DNA of 64,000 bases from Balanoglossus misakiensis (lineage: Eukaryota > Animalia > Hemichordata), in NCBI GenBank assembly GCA_040954595.2, contig CM082597.2:4717244-4781243 (forward strand), in the 5' to 3' direction. The position numbers and the translations under genes are program-made. Positions 1 through 11,300 of this stretch are shown one piece after another. The number at the start of each line of letters is the position of its first letter. Position 1 is the stretch's first letter. Below the pieces are notes generated by a model, which saw nothing but the letters and a program-made list of their open reading frames with translations, ran no database searches and was not told the origin of the DNA.

Positions 1-55
1 ATTCTGCCAACACAATTTTCTCATATACATATTTTGTAAATGACATGTGTTTCAG

Positions 56-3000
56 CCCAAGACTTTACTACTGTGATTGAAAATGAGTTGAAACTTGCCA
101 ACTATGAAGCAACGTGGATGGAAGCAAAAGAAGCGTGTGAGCAGGACAATGGGCATCTGTTGAGGTTCTACGACCGAGAGACCATGAATATAGTTGTCAG
201 CTATATAGCGTTATTAGATACGCCAGGTGATTAACATATTTAAGTGACTTAAGATAATGGCAAATTAAAGATAACATGGTCCAGACTTTGGTGATATAAC
301 GTATGTAGTGTGCTAAATGATCTTTCTGCGGAAATTTCACAAAATATCCTACTGCTTCCCGGTAAAGAGTAATAAAGTACCCAACTTTGTCATTACTGCT
401 TGCGATGTCTTCTCATTCAGAAGTACAATTGTTATAATAATTAACGTGACTTTTAAAGTACACAAATCGACATGTATCACTCAACGTTCAAGATGCCTTT
501 CCTCTTTGGAATGTTTTACAGTCATTATCTGGATCGACGCCAATGATAGAGAGACGGAAGGTCACTTTGTTTACTCGGACGGTTCGAGCATAGATGAATG
601 TGTGGCAGCATGGTACTCGTTAGAACCATATGATCCCGACAGTAAAGATTGTGTTTTTATATGGTAATGTTGTTTTAATTTGAAATTTTAATTGGAGTAA
701 CCCGACCTCAAGTTGCCCGATTTGTATTTGGCTGAAACGAGTTCTCTATTGGCGGAGCATTAGAACTGTGGATTGGAAATTATAATATGACAGAACCTCA
801 TGGCCAGATCGAGCAAACGACATTACATTTATATACAGAAAACTGCAGGTGTCAGATGAAATCGGAACGTCAATTGCAGCACATACATAATAATACATGT
901 AATGAGACATACGCTATAATAATAATCGTCCATAATGAGAATAACTATAGTATTATTTTACTTTTAGTCTCAATCTTAAATCGCTGATGGATGCCATGTA
1001 CTTGACCATTCAGCAGACACCTTAAAGTTGTGTTAAAAACACCAGTTCATACACACATCTTTGCATTCTCCTAGACCTGTATGTGTGTATAGTGAGATAT
1101 TCCGTCTGTTTTAATGATATAGGGCGTCAACTTTTTGGCATGCTTGGAGATGTGACCAAAGCTTTTCTTTCATGTGCCAGTATAAGAACAGAATTGGCAA
1201 CTCAAGTTCATGTAAGTGATATAAAGCTAATAATTAAATAAAAAAATATAAAAAATAATAATTTAAATAATAATAGGTTCGATTTCAACCAAACTTGCAC
1301 AAATCGAATTCAGCATCGAAAACAGAAATGCGAGGTGCCACGTCTGCCCTGTCAACTCATTTGCTGCTAATTCAAACTTTTCTCAATATAATACCACCAT
1401 GGTTAAAGTGTCTTTATCAGTAAATTAAAAACTTAATGATTGTACATAAAATCTCTTTGTGCTATGTTATAATTATACAATTCTTTAAACCCCCTAACCT
1501 TGTAAAAAAAATTGTAATAATAATAACAACAATCTACTTGCTATACATATCTCAAAAACAAAGGTGAATGAATAGTTTAATTCCCCTTCTTAAATCTTTG
1601 TTAGTGTCTCTTGATAGATTCAATGACGAATACAAGGTATCCAGATTCCTCGCAAGCTCCCGAGACGCCTATGAGTACTGCTTGAATGATGGAGGGGCTT
1701 TACTACGAGTACCTGACCAACAGACAATGGAATATGTTGTAAACATGGTTGACTCGGTTGACAATAGTCTTGGGATGCCTATTGGTAAGTATCTTGCGTG
1801 ATTCGCACAATTTTCAGAAATTTTGTATATTTGACATAGTTACTTTTACTTCCGGGTTTAAAACAGGTTAAAAGCAGCATGCCTTCCTGAAAAAATGATT
1901 ATTCATTCCATTATTTTTTGTTGCGTCTACATAAACTAAACCTGTCACTAGCAAAATGTCGCAGTTGTCCGGCCTAATATCAATTCTAATCTTTACGTCA
2001 ATAAAGGTAATATAATGTATAGAGTATTGTGGATAGATGGTGTGGATTTGTATACAGAGAATGAATGGACGCACTATGATGGGACACCAATGACTTACTT
2101 ACCGTGGTTGGATAATCAGCCAGACGGAACCTCTTCGAAAAATTGCATTACAGCAAATTTGTAATTATATATTTGTCTACATCAAACCACGTTTCCCTAC
2201 ACAATTAGACACTGTTAAGCACTGTATCCACAGCAAAACATTCGTCTGGATAAGGTGCACTGCTATGTAAACTAGAAAATGCACAGTGACTGCGCGTCCA
2301 TGATCTGTTGTCTCCATCTATAAACAGAGCACGTCTGTGCAAAAATTAAGTAATGAGCTGAAGGCCGATAATCATCTTATGTGCATGAATGTACTTTTGT
2401 GTGTACCAATATTACGTCCAATCCAAATGTTCTGCAAATTTTGCATTTGACATATTTTAAATAGTGGGCTGTATTCGCGTCCTTTCTTCTTTCATGTGTC
2501 GTCCCTTCGTTTCATCCAATTTTGTCTTTTCCAGACTAGTCACTGCGATCGTGTCTGTTGTTACATCAGCATACTGGCTGAGTTTCTAGTTTGGCTCATG
2601 CATATGTGGTGATTGTCGCCTTTTAATGAAGGCCAAGGAAATGTGACACAATTCAGATTCAGCTGATAACATGTTATAAATGATTTTAAACGTATTGAAC
2701 AGTATATTTGTTGGTAACGATTATTTATTGTCATTTTATCAGATTCGGTGGAACTAGTAAGGTGTACAGTGTGGATGATTGTCCACGTCTGCGTAGATTT
2801 GTCTGTCGATATGGTAGGTGTATATCTTTATGAAATCCTTCCACAGTACACCAGAGACTCCCATGCAAATTTGTGGTGATCAGGTTTCTAATGAGTGCAG
2901 ATTTATTGTATAGCAAAGTTGTGGCGTAATAATTGTACCACGTTTGTCGATAATCGTAACCCTTAATCAGATGTGACTTGAGTCACGAACATGTGTGACA

Positions 3001-4535
3001 TGCCAGTACTGAAATTTCGCCCACATTGTAAGGCTAACATCTCAGAAAAGATCTTCATCGAAATTTTTGCATTGGTTCTCTCTTGCGTGGGTCGGAAATC
3101 CTTCGTCACGAGAACGTTACATCATCCACATTACCAGCCGAGAAAATAAGTGTAAACGTCTTAAGAAATAAACGACAAAACCGTTTTACTAAGAGGTGTA
3201 TCCAATCTGCACCATTGATTTATTGCAGTTATAAGAAATTGCAATATTTGGCGTTGCAGTTTCTTGTTAAAAGTGAACCTAACAGACTTCAATGAATCAC
3301 TGATACATGCCGAAGTAAACATGGCGCCCTTTTGTGGCCTAATGCCTCTATAAATACCACTTATCCTACACCAGTTATTTCTTGTTGGTTTTTACATTAC
3401 AGGTGTGTCGTACACACCCAAACTGCCGAATATAAAATCTGAATGTTATAACAGTAGTCTGACGACACCTGGATATACAGGCCATGTTGGCTCTGACGTT
3501 ACTAACACCGGTTCTTCAGAAATGTCAACAGATGTCACAGAAGATACTGGCGCTGATGCTAAATCTGACACTAGCCCGACTGACACAGAATCCCTGTTAG
3601 AGTTAACTGTAATGCAGCGAACCGAAACGACAGATAATGAAGTTTTGACAGACATCCCTGACGACAAGGCCACCGAGAGTGTCTCTGGTTTCATCTCGAA
3701 GGAAAACCCTACTGAAACGGCTACAACTGTAGTGCGTGGGACTGAACCAGGCGTTGAGGGAACCCACACTGATTCTGTCTCCATATCAACGGATACAATC
3801 GACGCCAGCACCTTGCCTCCTAATACAGCATGTAAAGGTCCATTCTGCCAACATTTGCCAAGCATTAGTGTTGTCGATAGCAATTCGAAACTGCCCCACT
3901 GTAAGTATAAGTTCACTGTGCTTCATAGCCACACTTGTAGAAACAAAACACAATTGAATAATATAAAATGAGGCAGGGTGGCCTTAATATTTTTTGAAAC
4001 ACCTGATATCACGTCTTTATTTTGCCAGAGGTCAGTGCATCTTTCTTTCACGGTTTTGGCATCTGGCTGCATTTATGGTTGTCTGTGCTAGGCTACACTG
4101 TGCTGCTGTTGTGTGTGTGTGCACATGTGCGTGCGTGCGTGCGTGTGTGTGTGGTTTGTGATTGGCCATGTACCGGTCAATGGTAAAGTATATTTGCCCT
4201 TTGATTTTATTGTATATAGATGGTTACGCTTGCAAGTATATAATACTGTACTTCACAAGTAACCCGAATGGATCCTGTCCACGTCACAAGTAACCCGAAT
4301 GGATCCTGCCAACGCCCCATAGCCCAAGGCCTCATATTCTGCACTTAAGCTTTTTTGCTATCAATTTTATTTTTTCTTGACAGGTGACAAACTCGACAAC
4401 AATGGCAACACTTTCATAGGCCTAGTCCTAGGCTTTATCGCTGCATACCTGGCTGTGCATATTGTGTTGATACTCGGGATTTCTCGTTGTGTAAGAAACC
4501 TAGACTCTGCTCCGAAGTTGCAAAATGACGCATAG
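56..4535 (+). CDS. C-type lectin receptor, copy A (two CTLDs, mucin-like stalk, TM). The signal-peptide exon lies upstream of the window.
   Basis: Phase-consistent exons 56-226, 522-663, 1123-1211, 1605-1784, 2007-2160, 2743-2813, 3403-3900, 4384-4535. CTLD1: ATWMEAKEACEQDNGHL...WIDANDRETEGHFVYSDG...W..EPY..DCV..WRCDQSFSFMCQY. CTLD2: DAYEYCLNDGGALL...LWIDG...PWLDNQPDG..NCI..DDCPRLRRFVCRY. Thr/Ser/Asp-rich stalk, TM FIGLVLGFIAAYLAVHIVLILGI, tail SRCVRNLDSAPKLQNDA*. Confidence 0.88.
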
Positions 4536-5194
4536 AATACTGTTCTTGATTTGAGCGTTACTCATGTTATTGGTGCCGTTTCTTCATCTGACACAGTGAT
4601 CGAATGCAAAACATCAATTATAATCGTTAGTTAGGTTTCTGTTACAGTGTCACCATGTTTCTTGATTTCATTAATGATTGAGAACAAGCTAAATTAGTAA
4701 AGTCAGCGTTTTAACATAAGTAACTGTATTGAAATGGAATTACAACCATCTGTGAACAACGTAGTGCATGTTTATTTAATGATCATGGGTTTTCAATGTG
4801 AGTAGGACATTCGCTATGGATCTCGCTATTTATCATATGCACATGCGTACTGTCAATTATCATTCTGTCGCGACTTAACTCATGACCTTAGCTGTGCTGT
4901 CTTGTATTGCGTTTGTCTTTACAACGTGCCACATGAATGTGATACTTGATCGATAATTTTTGGAATATGGATGGTTTTGATCTTACTTATTAATGATTAT
5001 TGTTGTTTTAATAAACATACTTTAGTTCACTATCACTTCAAACTTCGCGTACGTGTTGCTGTATTCCCTCGAACTGAATTCGAAAAACGTAACGCCCATG
5101 CCAGCAAAGGGACATATGGACCCACACCAAACGAGTTGCAAGCAGCACCTATAAGTATTAGGTCAGAGCTTTACTGACTATCAAGTATCGACGG

Positions 5195-5253
5195 CCAGTC
5201 ACGTGGCTCTAATAGACCAGTCACGTGGCTCTAATAGACCAATTACGTGTCTC
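5195..5253 (+). repeat. 22-bp tandem repeat containing GTCACGTGG E-boxes (also at about 14592-14650)
   Basis: ccagtcacgtggctctaataga twice, plus a degenerate third copy ccaattacgtgtctc. Confidence 0.75.
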
Positions 5254-7022
5254 GTTCAGTTGACACACAATGCATCCACGATAACAATGCAGGCTCCTCA
5301 GTACATGACATTGATGAAAGGGCATGCGCAGGAAATGGAATTAACAATCCCCTGTTCGTGGGATTGAAAGAATCGCTACACTGCTGTTTGTAGCGATGCG
5401 CCTGTCGGTACGCGCCTCTGGTTATCAGGTCTCAGGGGACTCTGATAGTTCTTGTACTGGTATGCGGGTTGATGCAGTATAAGTTCTTGGTCCGTCAACC
5501 TGCGGTCTTTGCAAGTACATGTATTGTGCATGGAGTATCAATTTGAGTAGCAACAATTGGTGGCTGTGACTGTTTTTTTTAACTTCCTGTGTCATCTATG
5601 GGAGTTAAGACAACGGTCAGAATGACAGAAATTAATGTTTGACGAGCAAAGAACATTTGTCATGCTGTGTTTTGATCCCCATTCAACCACGCCAGTCAAG
5701 GCCACTGAAGTTCTTAACTGTTTCCTATCGGCACTAAAATTGTACAGAAGAATGCGGTGTCATCTGGAGAAAGAGATCTGAGTTTCCATCATATCATGTC
5801 ATTGCAGTGCAAACAGAATTGTTATCCATGAATGCAATAACCTGCGAAGCTTATAGGTTCGTGTGGGTTAATCTGAAATCCCCAACCAAATTAATTGTTT
5901 TGACAGACAAATCATAATCTGAATACACTGGGGGAATACCGCAAATTGCACAAACTATAAACATTTTGCTCGAAAGGGACTTAATACTTGTCCACCTCTC
6001 AAACAAGTAATACATGTACTTCATTAATCCCAAATCCTACATCGACCTTCGTAATGCGAAAATAAGAATTCGAACATTTGGGGTTTGTCGGTCTATGACA
6101 ATGGTACTCAGACACACTAACCGATTTTGAATTGTTCAGTAGCTGTCATGAGTTACGAACCAAAATCTCTCAACACAAACACCCAGACAGCAACAACAAT
6201 GATACACTGAACACCCAAAGTTTTACGTTTCACTGCGAATCTATTTGTCTCAGGAAGAAAAATAATCATAGTACAAGCACTGAACTTAAATGTTACAAGG
6301 GTTCTTACCCTAATATTGTGATGTCCTCAAGAAACTTGTATAAGGTCCGCGGTAATATCACACACGTGTTGAGCGGACGCGATAATTCAGTGTTCCGTGA
6401 GTTCTCTGCACCGACCCGACGATGGTTCACGCTGGCGTGCTGCTTTCTCTCAAAGTTCTTTCCTGAAGTCCTCTCAGAAGAAATTAACGGGTTCACTTCA
6501 CTTACAGTTGCTGGCGTATACAAGCATTTTAAGTCCGAGAGCAACGCTGAATTCAAACCAACAGGACATACTCGACGTGCCTGGGCGAGCTGAACATACC
6601 AGTCCCGGTCGCTCATGGCCGAGTGCAACTTGTCTGTTTTCTGTTCGGCTCACGCCACTAGACTGCCGTTGCCGAGAGTCAAAAATCAAAACCCTTACGT
6701 AATATTCAAAATACCCAGGTGTACCTCTACGGCTAATACTATGTTAATGACGTACACCCTTATTGTTCACCCACCACTGATATTTAAATTCTGTGCATTC
6801 GTTGTACAATCGTAACACATGCAACTTGACTGAGAATGTGCTGAGAATTTGGGTTGTGACACACAATAAAGGCGATACAAGTCAACGAACAGATATTCAG
6901 TACTGTGTATAACATACTTTTTGTACATAGTAAGACACTATAAATTAGCTGCAGTGGATTTCGATTTTCACTACATTTCATCTTTTGTAACTTAGCTTTT
7001 CTCTATTGTTAATTGAGTACAG

Positions 7023-7574
7023 ACTATTGACATGGGATATATGAACGTTGAAATGTTACGCAAAAGTCTGGTTTCATTCATCAAAGAAGACAAGTTAGTT
7101 AAAGAGAAGTTTGCGTTGTTTTATGATGCCATGAGAGATAAAGAGGAAGAAGAGTTGCCGTCGATTGATGATGTAAGTATCTGAAGAGAGAAAGAGAGAG
7201 ACAGTATTGATGATGATGATGATGTTCAAAAGACTGGCCACTGATTGATTAACTAAAAATTCTCGGACACATGTACTTACAGAGAGAGAGATGGTATTGA
7301 TGATGATGATGATGTTGTTCAAAAGACTGGCCATTGATTAATTAACTAAAAATTAAGGATTCTCTGACACATGTACTTGCCTTCAGTATACTCACTCTTG
7401 TTTATGTGTTTTGTTTTTTCGTTTTAGGCATGGTTGATTCTAGACTATGCAAAGAAAGGTTTCCTGACTCGCAGTGATGTTGCCAGTTTGGACAGAGAGA
7501 TTCTGAAAGACTTTGCACGACTAATAGATCCTCCACATGGTCCAGCAGCTGGTGAAATTCACGATGAACTTTGA
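7023..7574 (+). pseudogene. Orphan last two exons of an ER-resident JmjC paralog ending in HDEL
   Basis: Exon 7023-7172 (TIDMGYMNVEMLRKSLVSFIKEDKLVKEKFALFYDAMRDKEEEELPSIDD, cag/gtaagt) and exon 7428-7574 (AWLILDYAKKGFLTRSDVASLDREILKDFARLIDPPHGPAAGEIHDEL*). These are homologous to exons 6-7 of the gene at 27628-31883 (TIDIGYGDVYLLKK...; VWPLLDDQGKGYITTEDVQAWDREKLKTFSR...HEEL) with the same phases. No upstream exons occur before the duplication junction at about 6900. Confidence 0.82.
7190..7378 (+). repeat. Local duplication of about 90 bp with (GA)n and (GAT)n, inside the orphan JmjC intron
   Basis: gagagagag..gtattgatgatgatgatgatgtt..caaaagactgg..aactaaaaatt..gacacatgtactt occurs twice. Confidence 0.75.
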
Positions 7575-8394
7575 CCTCAAATAATGGTGTCCAATTCAAA
7601 TAATCACAATTTCAAATCATGATACATTATTTTACTTGGTTTGATACATTCTCATTTTTTACACAAAATTTTTGTATTCAAACAAGGATTATAATATTCC
7701 TAACAACAACTGCATTCACTACAGTTATTTTCTCATGATTTTAAACTCAAAGAAATCATTTAGAAGATTTTGGGGGTTTAAATGAATGACTGTTATATAA
7801 ACACTGGGTGATGTATATCCAAGGTTTAGAGTTTGTACGGAGTATAACTACAGTTTGACAATATGTATATCAGATCAATTTTCATTATGAATTTGAAAGA
7901 TTTTTTTGATGCAAGAAACAAATCAACAATACATGTACATTAAAGCCTCTAGAGCTGCCACTTTGTGCATAATTTTCATGATTTATTTTTTATTTTTATA
8001 GAAATAAGCTGACTGATAGGTATACATGAACATCTCATTGTAGCTTCACATTGCAATTTGAACAGGTTATATATTAAACTGTTGAGCAATATAATTTCCA
8101 ATGGTGCTCATCTTAGAATAAAGTATTGAGACTCTATGGTTTGGTTTCGACCACTGAATTGATTTCATAATAAGGTTTCAGCAAATAAACTTTTCCTGAA
8201 AATGACATATGTTGTTGTTGGGTTTTTGATGGGATATTGTCTTTTAGGATAATGTGTCATCGTATCAGTATTCGATACAATGTGCTTGTGGCGTAAACAT
8301 TCGACGAAACTTGATTCGTCTCTGACGACGAATTCTCTCAGCCATCTGGTGCATGCACATTGTAAACAGCTCAACTCACAGTCGCTTTGGAACG

Positions 8395-11300
8395 ATGGAG
8401 AAACTACATCGATGGCTGTGCTACCTCACTCTTGTATCCGTGGTAATTTTCTCACATACCCAGGTGACGGTGAACGGTATTGTAGACCATTTTCATGTAT
8501 TCAACTTCAATGAATTCCTGATGGTAATCTCAGTATGAGAGTAGCAGTGTTTTACAACTTCATCACGACGTTTCGAGCAAAGTGACAATGATCACAAATC
8601 ATAACATTTTTTTTATAATTATATTATGAAATTTCGGAATACACGTTCTAGTCATGTACCCTCAGTTGCCAACACGCTATAAATATTTGAAGTTAAGTTT
8701 AGATGTTTAGTTTGACATTTAGAACAGTACTGCCAACACAATATTCTCTTTTTTAAAGTAACATGCATATGGTAGTTTAGATGTTTTAGTTCGACACTAA
8801 GATCTATTCTGCCAACACACTTTTCTCATATACATATTTTGTAAATGTCATGTGTTTCAGCCCAAGACTTTACTAATGTGATTGAAAATGAGTTGAAACT
8901 TGCCAACTATAGTGCAACGTGGCTGGAAGCAAAAGAAGCATGTGAGCAGGACAATGGGCATCTGTTGAGGTTCTACGACCGAGAGACCATGAATATAGTT
9001 GTCAGCTATATAGCGTTATTAGATACGCCAGGTGATTAACATATTTAAGTGACTTAAGATAATGGCAAATTAAAGATAACATGGTCCAGACTTTGGTGAT
9101 ATAATGTATGTAGTGTGCTAAATGAACTTTCTGCGGAAATTTCACAAAATATCCTACTGCTTCCCGGTAAAGAGTAATAAAGTACCCAACTTTGTCATTA
9201 CTGCTTGCGATGTCTTCTCATTCAGAAGTACAATTGTTGTAATAATTAACGTGCCTTCTAAAGTACACAAATCGACATGTATCACTCAACGTTCAAGATG
9301 CCTTTCCTCTTTGGAATGTTTTACAGAAAACGTCTGGATCGACGCCAATGATAGAGAGACGGAAGGTCACTTTGTTTACTCGGACGGTTCGAGCATAGAT
9401 GAATGTGTGGCATCATGGGAAACGTGGGGACCAAATAATTACGGCGATAAAGATTGTGTTTTTATATGGTAATGTTGTTTTAATTTGAAATTTTAATTGG
9501 AGTCACCCGACCTCAAGTTGCACGATTTGTATTTGGCTGAAACGAGTTCTCTATTGGCGGAGCATTAAAACTTTGGATTGGAAATTATAATATGACAGAA
9601 CCTCATGGCCAGATCGAGCAAACGACATTACATTAATATATATATAACAAGGCACCGTTCGTTGCGTGAACTAACCAACCACAGCGACCGCGTAATTTGT
9701 ACAGATGACGGCAAGAGTATGCCACAGACAGAAAACTGCAGGTGTCAGATGAAATCGGAGCGTCAATGGCAGCACATACATAATAATACATGTAATGAGA
9801 CATACGCTATAATAATAATCGTCCATAATGAGAATAACTATAGTATTATTTTACTTTTAGTCTCAATCTTAAATCGCTGATGGATGTCAAGTACTTGACG
9901 AATCAGCAGACACCTTAAAGTTGTGTTAAAAACACCAGTTCGTACACACATCTTTGCATTCTCCTGTATGTGTGTATAGTGAGATATTCCATCTGTTTTA
10001 ATGATATAGGTGGTCAACTTTATGGATTGTCGGGAGATGTAACGAAAGATGTCGTTTCATGTGCCAGTATAAGAACAGAATTGCCAACTCAGGTTTATGT
10101 AAGTGATAGTAAAAGTTAATAATTAAAAAAAAATATATAAATAATAATAATTTAAATAATAATAGGTTCAATTTCAACCAAACTTGCACATATCGAATTC
10201 AGCATTGAAAACAGAAATGCGAGGTGCCAAGTCTGCCCTGTCAACTCATTTGCTGCTAATTCAAACTATTCTCAATATATACCACCATGGTTAAAGTGTC
10301 TTTATCAGTAAATTAAAAACTTATTGATTGTACATAAAATCTCTTTGTGCTATGTTATAATTATACAATTCTTTAAACCACTAAACTTGTAAAAAAAATT
10401 GTAATAATAATAACAACAATCTACTTGCTATACATATGTAAAAAACAAAGGTGAACGAATAGTTTAATTCTCCTTCTTAAATATTTGCCAGTGTCTCTTG
10501 ATAGATTCAGTGACGAATACAAGGTATCCAGATTCCTCGCAAGCTCCCGAGACGCCTATGAGTACTGCTTGAATGATGGAGGGGCTTTACTACGAGTACC
10601 TGACCAACAGACAATGGAATATGTTGTAAACATGGTTGACTCGGTTGACAATAGTCTGGGGATACCCTTTCGTAAGTATCTACTTCATCCTTCTGTCAGA
10701 CATTGCAGTTTTGTTGTGTATTGATTTGTACGGGGTTGTAGTTTATTTTATTTGATGTAATGCTTTATGGGTTGTGTTGCGTTGTGATGTGTTAGGCTAC
10801 GGTACACAATGTACTATGGTATGTTATTATGTCATGTATAAAATTGTTGTGTTTTGCATATGAATGTATGTTGTTTAGGTTATTCTGTTGCATCATAGAA
10901 CAATATATTCTAGACTGATGTGGTGATCTCGTTGACTAAGGCATTACATGTACATGGTTTTCAAAAAAGGGTAGGTGGTTAATGATGTTTTTTTATTTTG
11001 GTATTTTTATCTCTCTGGCTGCCGTAGTGTAGAAGAATGACGTCATAGTTCTTGCGTGATTCGCACAATTTTCAGAAATGTTGTATATTTGACATACATG
11101 TAGTTACTTTTACTTCCGGGTTTAAAACAGGTTAAAAGCAGCATGCCTTCCTGAAAAAAATGATTATTCATTCCATTATTTTTTGTTGCGTCCACATAAA
11201 CTAAACCTGTCACTAGCAAAATGTCCCAGTTGTCCGGCCTAATATCAATTCTAATCTTTACGTCAATAAAGGTATAAAGTATAGAGTATTGTGGATAGAT

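Larger units (their letters stand above)
1..6899 (+). repeat. Tandem segmental duplication, copy A (5' part runs off the window)
   Basis: Position 1 aligns to 8806 (attctgccaacac...). Homology ends at aacagatattca (about 6899 versus about 16352). Confidence 0.95.

Noticed and set aside
3446-3916. Minus-strand 156-aa ORF (and 12767-13291)
   Set aside because: Antisense shadow of the Ser/Thr-rich stalk exon.
4251-5253. Short direct repeats (cacaagtaacccgaatggatcctg twice; 22-bp E-box repeat) as CRISPR-like arrays
   Set aside because: Only 2-3 adjacent copies, no unique spacers of regular length, no cas genes, and a eukaryotic context.
6132-6815. Overlapping plus-strand ORFs conserved in both copies
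   Set aside because: Conservation is explained by the recent duplication; there are no recognisable domains or supporting exon structure.
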